Positions 48,197 to 58,381 of a stretch of 64,000 nucleotides of DNA are shown here, in pieces. Source of the stretch: Kiritimatiellia bacterium. Lineage in GTDB: Bacteria; Verrucomicrobiota; Kiritimatiellia; JAAZAB01. Every line of letters begins with the position of its first letter. Positions within the stretch are counted from its first letter, which is position 1. The position numbers were made by a program, and so were the translations under genes. The notes below the pieces were generated by a model. The model saw nothing but the letters and a program-made list of their open reading frames with translations, searched no databases and was not told the DNA's origin. The stretch lies in assembly GCA_040767085.1 (NCBI GenBank), contig JAXGPF010000003.1, forward strand, positions 448,001-512,000, written 5' to 3'.

Positions 48197-48704
48197 CCCC
48201 GATCAAACTCCTCCGGCAGCCGGTCATTTTTTCCAAACTTTCCAGCGCCATAAAAACCCAGGGCATCAACAACATGCCCTGCAAGCCCGCGCCCAGCATT
48301 TTCAACGCCGCCATCGCAGGCGGAACGGCGCGCATCTGCTCCAGCCGCAAGGACAGCACTACGTACATGATCAATGTAAGGGCCGCCGCCGCCGCCGCGC
48401 CAATCGCCATATGGGTCAGCCACTGGCGGATGAACACAAATCCGCGATTGCGGCTGACCGCGGCCACCAGCAGGCTGAAGGCCAGGGGGGTGCTGCCGGG
48501 CGGCAGGCCGCCGATGGCATCGGCCATGACGCCCGCGACCAAGGCCGCCGCGAGCGCGGCGACCAGCGAATGATTGAGCGCATAATACATGACCACGCAT
48601 AATACTGCCGGCAGGCGGGTCTGCCCGCCCAAGTGCCAGGCCGGCACGGCGTTTTCCAACACCACCGCCGCGCCCAAGGCTAACCTCATGATCAACCAGA
48701 CCAT
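48168..48704 (-). CDS. mreD: Rod shape-determining protein MreD
   Basis: Small hydrophobic ORF with G.MAD motif between mreC and mrdA; the call rests mainly on synteny. Confidence 0.75.
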   Translation of the reverse strand: MVWLIMRLALGAAVVLENAVPAWHLGGQTRLPAVLCVVMYYALNHSLVAALAAALVAGVMADAIGGLPPGSTPLAFSLLVAAVSRNRGFVFIRQWLTHMAIGAAAAAALTLIMYVVLSLRLEQMRAVPPAMAALKMLGAGLQGMLLMPWVFMALESLEKMTGCRRSLIGDEFGIFDKT

Positions 48705-48705
48705 T

Positions 48706-49536
48706 TTACGGCGCCTCCGCGAGACCAACGTCATCCGGCGCCGCCAGGCCGGCATCCATGACCAAAAAGACCAGATGCAAATCGCGGAAATCCGCGGCGG
48801 GCAGGATTTCCGCGGATTGATACAATCCGGTGGCATCCAGCCGCACCTGGCGAACATAACCGATCGGCAGCCCGGCGGGAAACACCCCGCCCAGGCCGGA
48901 AGTTACAACTTCATCGCCGGGCCCGATGGCCGTCTCGCGGGCAATGAAATCCATCCGGCAGAGGGCGGGCCCGCGCAGGCGCATGCCCTCCCCCTGCACA
49001 ATGCCGAAAGCGTTGACCCGCGGAATCACGCCGGCCACCCGGCAGGCCGGATCGATCATGAACAAAACATCCGCCGTCCGGTCCGAAACCGACGCCACCC
49101 GGCCCACCAATCCTTCCGCCGCCAGCACCGGCACGCCCGGCGAAATCCCTTCCCGCGCGCCGCGATCCAGGCGGGCGGTCTGCCACCAGCTATTCAGATC
49201 GCGCGCCATGATTTGGGCCGCTTGCAGGCGATAGGGGGTGTTCCGGGCCAGACCAAGCAGTTTGCGCAAATCCCGGTTTTCGCGCTCCAGCGCCTGCAAC
49301 CCGCGGGTTTCCATGGTCAAGCGGGCGACTTGCTCGCGCAATCGCACGATTTCCACATCCCGCGCCGGCCCGTCCAAAGCCCGGCGCAACCGACTCCAGC
49401 CCTGCCAGTCCGTCAGAAAAGGCGCAAAGGCATCCCGCACAGCGGCATGCAGGCGGCGCGTGGCCGGTTCCGGCAGGAGCCAGAGGCTCAGGACCGCCAG
49501 GCCGGCGCAGATTATGCTGTAAACCGCGGATCTCAC
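48706..49536 (-). CDS. mreC: Rod shape-determining protein MreC
   Basis: TM, coiled coil LERENRDLRKLL, GLVGRV, GDEVVTSGLGGVFPAGLPIG. Confidence 0.93.
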   Translation of the reverse strand: MRSAVYSIICAGLAVLSLWLLPEPATRRLHAAVRDAFAPFLTDWQGWSRLRRALDGPARDVEIVRLREQVARLTMETRGLQALERENRDLRKLLGLARNTPYRLQAAQIMARDLNSWWQTARLDRGAREGISPGVPVLAAEGLVGRVASVSDRTADVLFMIDPACRVAGVIPRVNAFGIVQGEGMRLRGPALCRMDFIARETAIGPGDEVVTSGLGGVFPAGLPIGYVRQVRLDATGLYQSAEILPAADFRDLHLVFLVMDAGLAAPDDVGLAEAP

Positions 49537-49644
49537 ATCGAATCAACTTGCAAACCAGTCCGAAAATACAGGCGGGATCGGCGGGGATGGAAAGCGGGCT
49601 TCGACGGCAGGCGCAACGCGCGGAGACAGGGCCAACACCAACGA

Positions 49645-50694
<1,050 letters not shown>

Positions 50695-50759
50695 TCAGTT
50701 CGGCATATATTGTTGAATAGTTGCGCCGCTGTCAACAGCAAAATCCATGGAGTAAATTA

Positions 50760-50789
50760 TTGACAGTCAGGCGGTTCTTTTAGCATAAT
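50760..50789 (+). promoter_or_regulatory. Putative sigma70 promoter (possibly near-leaderless transcript)
   Basis: TTGACA-18 bp-CATAAT ending 10 nt before ATG 50799; no SD visible. Confidence 0.5.
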
Positions 50790-50798
50790 CCCCGGCCT

Positions 50799-51908
50799 AT
50801 GCGGCATTCCCGGGAATTTTTAAGGCAAATCGGCGGGGAATTCAACCTCCCCGGCGTCTTCCAATGCGCCGAACCCTACGGCACCGGCCACATCAACGAC
50901 ACTTACCATGTCCGCTGGCTGGTCAACCAAACTCCGCGCGAATACATCCACCAGCGCATCAACCATTTCGTTTTCAAGGAGCCCGCGCGCCTGATGGACA
51001 ACATCGGCCGGGTCACCGCCCACCTGCGGGACAAAATCGCCCGCCGCCCGGGGGCGCAGCCGGAACGCGAAGCCCTGACCGTCGTGCCGGCCCGCGATGG
51101 CCGGCTTTTCTTCCAGGATGACCGGGGCGATTTCTGGCGCACTTATATTTTTATCACCCAGGCCCGCACCTACGACATCTGCCAGGACGAACGCCTGGCC
51201 CGCGAGGCGGCGCGCGCCTTCGGACAGTTCCAGGCGGACCTGTCCGACTGGAACGGGACGCGCTTGCACGAAACCATCCCCTGGTTCCACCACGCGCCCC
51301 GGCGGATCGAGGCCCTGGAGGACGCCATCGCCCGCGACCCGCATAACCGCGCCGCCGGCGCCCGCCCTGAAATCGATTTCTGCCTGAAGCACAAACCCAT
51401 GACCGGACTGCTGACGGATTTAATCGCGCGCGGCAGCATGCCCGAGCGCATCACCCATAACGACACCAAAATCAACAACGTCATGATTGACAACGACTCC
51501 GGCCGGGGAATCTGCGTGATTGACCTGGACACCGTCATGGCCGGCTGCGTGCTGTACGATTTCGGCGACATGGTGCGTTCCATCACCCGGACCTGCGCCG
51601 AGGACGAGCCCGACCCTGACCGCGTCGGCATGAACCTCCGCATGTTCGAGGCGCTGGTATCGGGCTATCTCGCATCCGCCGGCGCTTTTCTCATCCCGGT
51701 GGAAATCGAGCACCTGGCGTTTTCCGGGCAGTTGATCACCTTGATCATCGGCATCCGGTTTCTCACCGACTACCTGCAAGGCGATGTTTATTTCAAAACC
51801 CACCGCCCGGGGCAAAACCTCGATCGCGCGCGGGTGCAGTTCGAAATGGTCGAGCACATGGAAAATTCCTTCGACCAGATGCGCCGGATTGTCGGAAAAT
51901 ATTGCTGA
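50799..51908 (+). CDS. APH-family phosphotransferase, N-acetylhexosamine 1-kinase-like
   Basis: GTGHINDTY, QRINHFVF, AFGQFQ, ETIPWFH, RITHNDTKINN, VIDLDTVM, YDFGD, IRFLTDYLQGDVYFK. Confidence 0.85.
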   Translation: MRHSREFLRQIGGEFNLPGVFQCAEPYGTGHINDTYHVRWLVNQTPREYIHQRINHFVFKEPARLMDNIGRVTAHLRDKIARRPGAQPEREALTVVPARDGRLFFQDDRGDFWRTYIFITQARTYDICQDERLAREAARAFGQFQADLSDWNGTRLHETIPWFHHAPRRIEALEDAIARDPHNRAAGARPEIDFCLKHKPMTGLLTDLIARGSMPERITHNDTKINNVMIDNDSGRGICVIDLDTVMAGCVLYDFGDMVRSITRTCAEDEPDPDRVGMNLRMFEALVSGYLASAGAFLIPVEIEHLAFSGQLITLIIGIRFLTDYLQGDVYFKTHRPGQNLDRARVQFEMVEHMENSFDQMRRIVGKYC

Positions 51909-51969
51909 CCGCCGGCCTGGATCCTAATGCGCTTGAAATGCATGCCCGGATCAGGCATATTTAGTGGCC

Positions 51970-53175
51970 ATGCCATCAGATGTCATAAAACAACTGCTCG
52001 GACGCGGATTCCAAATCCCATGCCCGGAATCCGTATGCATCGCCCCGGAAATCCCCCCGGAACGCTTCGCCCCGGGAACGGTCATCCATCCCGGGTGCCG
52101 GATTCTCGGTAAAAACACGTCCATCGGACCCGGCTGCGAAATCGGCCGGGAAGCCCCGGCCACCGTGGAAGACTGCCAACTGGGCGCGGCCGTGCAATTA
52201 AAAGGCGGGTATTTCAGCCAATCGGTGTTCCTGGACCGCGCCCAGATGGGCAGCGGCGCCCATGTGCGGCCGGGATGCCTGCTGGAAGAGGATGCCGGCG
52301 GCGCGCACTCGGTCGGCCTGAAACAAACCGTCCTGATGCCATATGTCACGCTCGGCAGCCTGATCAATTTCTGCGATTGCCTGATGGCCGGCGGAACCTC
52401 CCGCAAAAACCACAGCGAAGTCGGATCCGCTTACATTCATTTCAATTTTACGCCGCACCAGGACAAGGCCACGCCTTCGCTGCTCGGCGATGTCCCGGCC
52501 GGCGTGCTGCTGGATCAGCCCCCGATTTTCCTGGGGGGCCAGGGCGGCCTGGTCGGCCCGGCGCGGGTGGCTTACGGCGCGGTCGTGCCGGCCGGCCTGA
52601 TCGTCCGCGGCGAGATTGATGCGCCGGGCTTGTATATCCCCCCAACCGGCCATAAACCGCCATCCCGCGATTATCAGCCCGGACGTTACAACCGGATTGA
52701 CCGGATTCTGGCCGCCAACCTGCGGTATATCGGCAACATTATCGCCTTGCGCGCCTGGTACGATCATGTCCGGGCGCCATTCATGCGGGCAGACCCGTTT
52801 CAAGCCGCCTGCCATGCCGGGGCTTTGAAATGCCTGGACGCCATCCTGGAAGAGCGGTTGTGCCGCCTGGACGAGCTGGCCGGCAAAATGCCCGCGTCCA
52901 TCAAGCTGCACACCGCAGTGCCCGCCGATGATTTTGCCGGCAACGAATGCCTGCTGCAGCAACAACGATTGCTCGAGCGCTGGCCGGCCATGCGCGGGCA
53001 AATCCAGGAAATCGTGCCGCGGTCCAGGCGGCCGGACGCAATTTTACTGGAGGAATTGGCCGGCCAGGACGGGCAACCTTACCTGGATGCCATCCGCTCG
53101 TTGACGCCCGCCGCCCGTCAATGCGCCCAGGCATGGCTGGCAACGATTGTCGCCGCCGCAAGCGCAATATGCTGA
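51970..53175 (+). CDS. GlmU-related left-handed beta-helix (hexapeptide) protein
   Basis: Hexapeptide-like repeats, GAHVRPGCLL, VGLKQT, LGSLINFCD...SEVGS; no N-terminal LAAG..R nucleotidyltransferase motif; adjacent to glmM. Confidence 0.7.
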   Translation: MPSDVIKQLLGRGFQIPCPESVCIAPEIPPERFAPGTVIHPGCRILGKNTSIGPGCEIGREAPATVEDCQLGAAVQLKGGYFSQSVFLDRAQMGSGAHVRPGCLLEEDAGGAHSVGLKQTVLMPYVTLGSLINFCDCLMAGGTSRKNHSEVGSAYIHFNFTPHQDKATPSLLGDVPAGVLLDQPPIFLGGQGGLVGPARVAYGAVVPAGLIVRGEIDAPGLYIPPTGHKPPSRDYQPGRYNRIDRILAANLRYIGNIIALRAWYDHVRAPFMRADPFQAACHAGALKCLDAILEERLCRLDELAGKMPASIKLHTAVPADDFAGNECLLQQQRLLERWPAMRGQIQEIVPRSRRPDAILLEELAGQDGQPYLDAIRSLTPAARQCAQAWLATIVAAASAIC

Positions 53176-53186
53176 CACAGAGTTAA

Positions 53187-53235
53187 GTGTTCGGGGTTCG
53201 GTGTTCGGGGTTCGGTGTTCGGGGTTCGGTGTTGA
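53187..53235 (+). repeat. Heptamer tandem array (GTGTTCG GGGTTCG)x3 GTGTTGA
   Basis: Seven 7-bp units flanked by GAGTT/AACTC. Confidence 0.9.
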
Positions 53236-53269
53236 ACTCGGTTTAATCCGCCGTAAGGGGAACCATACC

Positions 53270-54619
53270 ATGGCACGACTATTCGGAACTGACGGCGTAC
53301 GCGGGGTGGCTAACATTCATCCCATGACCGCGGAAATGGCGCTGGCCATCGGCCGCGCCACGGCGCACATCTGCAAGCGCCACAATCACCGCCACCGGAT
53401 CGTCATCGGCAAGGACACCCGCATCAGCGGTTACATGCTGGAAAATGCCCTGACGGCCGGCATCTGCTCCATGGGCGTGGACGTCCTGCTGGTCGGGCCC
53501 ATGCCCACTCCGGGCATCGCCTTCATCACCCACAGCATGCGCGCCGACGCCGGCGTGGTGATTTCCGCCTCGCATAATCCCTACCAAGACAATGGCATCA
53601 AGCTCTTTTCGCGCGACGGGTTCAAGCTTCCGGACAGCATCGAGGATGAAATCGAAAACCTGATCACCACGGAAAAAATCCGCGGCATCCGCCCCACCGC
53701 CGCCGAAATCGGCAAGGCCTTCCGCATTGACGACGCCATCGGCCGCTACATCGTCTTCTGCAAAAACACCTTCCCGGACGACCTCAGCCTCAGCGGCCTG
53801 AAAATCGTTCTGGACTGCGCCAACGGCGCCACATATAAAGTGGCCCCGATCATTTTCGCCGAACTGGGCGCGGATGTCACCACGATCCACGACCACCCGG
53901 ACGGCATGAACATCAACGACCATTGCGGCGCCATCGCGCCGCGGGATTTGGCGCAAAAAGTGCGGGAAACCGGCGCCGATGTCGGGCTGGCGTTTGACGG
54001 CGACGGCGACCGCATGCTGGCGGTGGACGAACAGGGCGGCCTGCTGACCGGCGACCACGTCATCGCCATCTGCGCGCAACACCTGCACCAGGCCGGCCGC
54101 TTGCACAACAACCTCGTCATCACCACCCCCATGAGCAACTTCGGCTTCCGCGTGGCGATGCGCGCCATGGGCATCGAGACCGCGGAAGCCGACGTCGGCG
54201 ACCGGTATGTCCTGAAATTGATGCGCGAACGCGGCGCCGTGCTGGGCGGCGAGGATTCGGGTCACATCATCTTCCTGGAACACCATACCACCGGCGACGG
54301 CATCATTTCGGCCCTGCAACTGCTGGCCATCCGGCAGGCGGGCGGCCGCAAATTATCGGCCATGGCGCAGGTCATCCAGCGCGCGCCGCAGCAACTGATC
54401 AACATCGCCGTGCCGGCCAAGCCGCCCCTGGAAACCATCGCGCCCCTGCAGGACGCCATCCGGGCCGCGGATGCGGAATTGGCCGGCCGGGGCCGCGTGC
54501 TGATCCGTTATTCCGGCACCCAGGCCATCTGCCGGGTCATGGTGGAAAGCATGGACGACCAGTTGACCAGACAACTGGCCGAGCGGCTCGCCGGCGTCGT
54601 CCGCGCGCACGTGCGGTAA
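53270..54619 (+). CDS. glmM: Phosphoglucosamine mutase
   Basis: LFGTDGVRG, IGKDTRISGYMLE, ISASHNPYQDNGIK, FDGDGDR, VGDRYV, GGEDSGH, TGDG, RYSGT. Confidence 0.96.
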   Translation: MARLFGTDGVRGVANIHPMTAEMALAIGRATAHICKRHNHRHRIVIGKDTRISGYMLENALTAGICSMGVDVLLVGPMPTPGIAFITHSMRADAGVVISASHNPYQDNGIKLFSRDGFKLPDSIEDEIENLITTEKIRGIRPTAAEIGKAFRIDDAIGRYIVFCKNTFPDDLSLSGLKIVLDCANGATYKVAPIIFAELGADVTTIHDHPDGMNINDHCGAIAPRDLAQKVRETGADVGLAFDGDGDRMLAVDEQGGLLTGDHVIAICAQHLHQAGRLHNNLVITTPMSNFGFRVAMRAMGIETAEADVGDRYVLKLMRERGAVLGGEDSGHIIFLEHHTTGDGIISALQLLAIRQAGGRKLSAMAQVIQRAPQQLINIAVPAKPPLETIAPLQDAIRAADAELAGRGRVLIRYSGTQAICRVMVESMDDQLTRQLAERLAGVVRAHVR

Positions 54620-54700
54620 CCGGCCCGCGGGAACGGCGAACGCTTGCGCTGGGAGGCCGGCGGGGTATCGGCGTTATCAACCGTTAACCGGATCAAGGCT

Positions 54701-55090
54701 TCATTCCGCGCTTCCGCCGAGGTAGCGTTCTCCCGCGGCGACAGCCCGGACCGCAGGAATCAACTCTTCGGCGGCGCGGTGCTTGGAAACAAAGCCGAGC
54801 GCACCGGCGTGCAGCACTGCGCGCACCAGGGCCGCACCGGCATGATTGGAAAGCGCCAGGATGCGTGTTTCCGGGCGCTCCGCCAAAATGACAGCCGTGG
54901 CATTGATACCATTCATCCCCGGCAACATGACATCCATAACCACGACATCGGGGCGGTATTGCCTGGCGGCCTCAATCCCGGCTTCCGCCGACCCGACATC
55001 CGCCACGACCAACAGATCCGGTTCCTGGCCAAGCATGCGCTTGACCTGCTCGCGAATCGGAACATGATCGTCCACCAATAAAATTTTCAT
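54701..55090 (-). CDS. Stand-alone NarL-type receiver domain protein
   Basis: ILLVDDH...VVVMDVMLPGMNG...GALGFVSK; ends where the HTH would begin. Confidence 0.85.
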   Translation of the reverse strand: MKILLVDDHVPIREQVKRMLGQEPDLLVVADVGSAEAGIEAARQYRPDVVVMDVMLPGMNGINATAVILAERPETRILALSNHAGAALVRAVLHAGALGFVSKHRAAEELIPAVRAVAAGERYLGGSAE

Positions 55091-55215
55091 TTGTCCCAAC
55101 TTTCGCCATCACGCGCACGGCGGCGCCGGCATACCCCGAGATTCATCCGGCGCCGGCCGATCCAAGGGCCGCCGCCGCCGGCCCGGCATCGCGGCGGGCA
55201 CAAGCGCTGCCCGGC

Positions 55216-55878
55216 TCAATTTTCCACCGCCGTGAGTCCTTCGCGGATCGCGTATTTCGTCAGTTCCGCCACGCTATGCAGGTTGAGTTTCTCCATGATA
55301 TTGTGGCGATGGGTCTCGACGGTTTTAACGCTGACCTCGATCGCGCCGGCGATATCCTTAGTGCTCCGGCCCTCGGCGATCATTTGCAACACTTCGCGCT
55401 CCCGGTCGGAGAGCACGACAAAAGCGGGGGCCTTGCTCATGGGCTGGGATAGTTCGACGTACGCATCCACCACGCCGCGCGCCACCCCGGAGCTGAGATA
55501 TTTCTTGCCGGCCATCACTTCACGGATGGCGCGCACCAGTTCTTCGCAGGCGGTTTGCTTGAGAATATAAGCCGACGCGCCGGCCGCAAACATCTCGCGC
55601 ACAAAGCGCTGATTCGCATGCCCCGAAAGAGCCACCACCTTTAGGTTGGGATTGGTTTTGACGATCTTGCGCGTCGCATCGATGCCGTTCAAATCCGGCA
55701 TCGCGACGTCCATGACCACAACATGGGCGCCAGACTTGCGGGCCAGGTCCACGACGGCCATCCCGTCCGCGGCCGTGCCGACCACCGTCATCCCCCGCTC
55801 CTTCTCGATCATGGCCTGCAAACCCTCGCGCATCATTTGATGGTCGTCTGCCAGCAAAATTCGGATTTCCATGCGCAA
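55216..55878 (-). CDS. NarL/LuxR family response regulator
   Basis: LLADDH, MDVAMPDLNG, LSDREREVLQMIAEG...SVKTVETHRHNIMEKL. Confidence 0.95.
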   Translation of the reverse strand: MRMEIRILLADDHQMMREGLQAMIEKERGMTVVGTAADGMAVVDLARKSGAHVVVMDVAMPDLNGIDATRKIVKTNPNLKVVALSGHANQRFVREMFAAGASAYILKQTACEELVRAIREVMAGKKYLSSGVARGVVDAYVELSQPMSKAPAFVVLSDREREVLQMIAEGRSTKDIAGAIEVSVKTVETHRHNIMEKLNLHSVAELTKYAIREGLTAVEN

Positions 55879-56349
55879 CTCCGTTAATATCCTTTTCCCT
55901 AACTTTTAAATTATGACGCGGATGCCTTAAAACTGCAAGTTAATACCACGCAACCCGTCAAAACTCCATGATTTTCCACGGCCGCGGCGCGCCGGGAATA
56001 TTGCCGAAAGAACACTCCGATTCGTTGTTTTAATGGTAGGACAAACCAATCGCCCCGGGTATCGGGGAAACCCCTGGAACCACCTGCTAAAAACCTTAGC
56101 GGGCTGGGGGCGCGCCAACATTTCAAATTTTCCCCCGATGACCAGCTTCCGGCAGCTTGGCAGGTTTCAAGCCGGTGAAGATCGCGTAAAGCGCCGGCAA
56201 CGGCGGAAATAATGATTGACATTCATTTCAAAAACGCTGAAATTGCCAAAAAGCAAGGAGCATAAAATTTCATCCGGGAATTGGCGGCAGGCATGAACCA
56301 TGCCGCAAATCCGGCATGGCGCCGGGCCGCCCGCGCCCAAGGCAAACAA

Positions 56350-57837
56350 ATGAATATTCTGCTGATCTACCCGGAATTCCCGGACACGTTCTGGAGTTTC
56401 AAACACGCGCTGGCGTTCGTCGGCAAGCGGGCGGCGTTGCCGCCGCTGGGACTGCTGACCGTCGCCGCCATGCTGCCGCGGGAATGGTCCCAGCGGCTGG
56501 TGGACGCCAATGTGCGGAAACTGGCCAAAGCGGACCTGGCCTGGGCCGACTGCGCGTTCATCAGCGCCATGGGCGTCCAACGCGCATCGGCCCGGCGGAT
56601 CATCAGCCAGTGCCGCGAAGCGGGATTGCGGATCGTGGCCGGCGGGCCGCTGTTTCAAACCGCCAGCGAGCAGATCGCCGCCGTGGACCATTTCGTATTG
56701 AACGAGGCGGAACTGACACTGCCGCTTTTCCTGCGCGACCTGGCGCAAGGGCAGCCGCGGCGGGTCTATGCCTCCGACCGGTTTGCCGACCTGCAACAAA
56801 CCCCCTTGCCGCGTTGGGATTTGCTGGAGATCAAACGTTATGGCTGCATGAGCCTTCAATTCTCGCGCGGCTGCCCGTATAACTGCGATTTCTGCAATGT
56901 CACCGCCCTGCTCGGACGCCGTGTCCGCATGAAATCGGCGGCGCAAATCGTCGCCGAATTGGACGGCATCTACCGGCGCGGCTGGCGCGGCGATGTGTTT
57001 TTCGTGGACGACAATTTCATCGGCAACCGGGTCTTCCTGAAGGCGCAACTCCTGCCGGCCCTGATCGCGTGGCGGCGGCGCAAGACCGGGGTGCTTTTTT
57101 TCACCGAGGCTTCGATCAATCTGGCCGATGACCCGGAGTTGATGGATATGATGGTTGCGGCCGGATTCAACAAGGTGTTTATCGGGATCGAGACCCCGGA
57201 CGAAGCCAGCCTGGCCGAGTGCAGCAAACTGCAGAACAAGCATCGTAATCTCGTGGAGGATGTGAAGCGCATCCAGCGGGCCGGGCTGCAGGTGCAGGGC
57301 GGATTCATCGTGGGATTCGACCACGACCGCCCTTCGATTTTCCAGCGCCAGATTGACTTCATTCAGAAGAGCGGCATTGTGACCGCCATGGTCGGCCTGC
57401 TGCAAGCCCCGCCGGGCACACGGCTTTACGAGCGGATGAAATGCGCCGGCCGGCTGCGGGGGGAATCGTCCGGCGACAACGTGGACGGCACAACCAACAT
57501 TGTCCCGGTGATGAACCTTGAAATGCTGCGCGCGGGCTACCAGAGCATTCTGCGGCACATCTACTCCCCGGAGCACTACTACGCGCGGATCAAGACCTTT
57601 CTCCGCGAATACACCCCGCCCCGGCGCCGCGGCCTCCCCCGGTTCTCCCACCTGCTCGCGCTGGCGCGCTCCTTCTACCGGCTGGGGATCGTGGGCCAGG
57701 AACGGCTGTACTACTGGAAACTCCTGCTTTGGACGCAATTCCGGCGGCCCCGGCTCATCCCCGAAGCCGTGATTCTGGCCATCTACGGGCGCCACTTCCG
57801 CAAGGTCTGCGAGCCGCTGGCGCAAAACCGCGACTAG
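56350..57837 (+). CDS. B12-binding radical SAM protein (DUF4070-type C-terminus)
   Basis: FPDTFWSF, PPLGLLTVAAMLP, RGCPYNCDFC, FVDDNFIGN, GFIVGFDHD, PGTRLY. Confidence 0.92.
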   Translation: MNILLIYPEFPDTFWSFKHALAFVGKRAALPPLGLLTVAAMLPREWSQRLVDANVRKLAKADLAWADCAFISAMGVQRASARRIISQCREAGLRIVAGGPLFQTASEQIAAVDHFVLNEAELTLPLFLRDLAQGQPRRVYASDRFADLQQTPLPRWDLLEIKRYGCMSLQFSRGCPYNCDFCNVTALLGRRVRMKSAAQIVAELDGIYRRGWRGDVFFVDDNFIGNRVFLKAQLLPALIAWRRRKTGVLFFTEASINLADDPELMDMMVAAGFNKVFIGIETPDEASLAECSKLQNKHRNLVEDVKRIQRAGLQVQGGFIVGFDHDRPSIFQRQIDFIQKSGIVTAMVGLLQAPPGTRLYERMKCAGRLRGESSGDNVDGTTNIVPVMNLEMLRAGYQSILRHIYSPEHYYARIKTFLREYTPPRRRGLPRFSHLLALARSFYRLGIVGQERLYYWKLLLWTQFRRPRLIPEAVILAIYGRHFRKVCEPLAQNRD

Positions 57838-57865
57838 TCCCTGCCGCGGCCGGGACGCGCGGGCA

Positions 57866-58381
57866 TCATTCCACGACCAGATGTTCGGCCCGGAATGCGC
57901 CGATTTCCACCGCCACACGATCGCCGGACTGGATGCTGGCGCCCGGATTGGCAAACAGGATGACGTAAATCCGGCCCGCTTCCGGCCGGACCGCCGTCGA
58001 ACGCAGCGTTCCCATCTTGGGCATCTTGGGCACCTTATGCCGTTCACCCGTGGCCTCGTTAATCAACCATGCCGCCTGCGCGCTATCGGTCAGTGCCGCC
58101 GCTTTATCGGGATCGAGCACCCGGTAACGGAAGTCGAGGATATGCCCCTGGGCCGACAGCCGCAGGCTTTCAACACGCATGCCCCACCGTTCCGCCAAGT
58201 CGGCCGCCGCCGCGCTTGACAGGATGGTGGTTGACCGAGCGTGGTTGGCCGCCGCATCCGGCGGCGGCGGGCGGGCGGACGGCAGTGGCGCCACGCATCC
58301 GACCGTCAGCATAAGCATCAAAACCGACGACGACGCCCGGAAAGGTAGACGAAGATGATGGTTAACGACCATGGGGATCAT
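57866..58381 (-). CDS. Hypothetical lipoprotein, last gene of the multicopper oxidase operon
   Basis: Hydrophobic stretch ending LTVGC, Pro-rich linker, beta-rich domain (LDFRYRVLDPDKA...LFANPG); ATGA overlap with the upstream gene. Confidence 0.7.
   Translation of the reverse strand: MIPMVVNHHLRLPFRASSSVLMLMLTVGCVAPLPSARPPPPDAAANHARSTTILSSAAAADLAERWGMRVESLRLSAQGHILDFRYRVLDPDKAAALTDSAQAAWLINEATGERHKVPKMPKMGTLRSTAVRPEAGRIYVILFANPGASIQSGDRVAVEIGAFRAEHLVVE

Noticed and set aside
53187-53235. Possible CRISPR or coding repeat (ORF track extends glmM upstream through it)
   Set aside because: Units are 7 bp with no spacers and there are no cas genes; glmM has a good SD and ATG at 53270.
56167-58047. 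626-aa - strand ORF, and similar long antisense ORFs at 4007-5515, 43613-45223, 41010-42302 and 46403-47665
   Set aside because: They lie opposite well-supported genes; long shadow frames are expected from high-GC codon bias.
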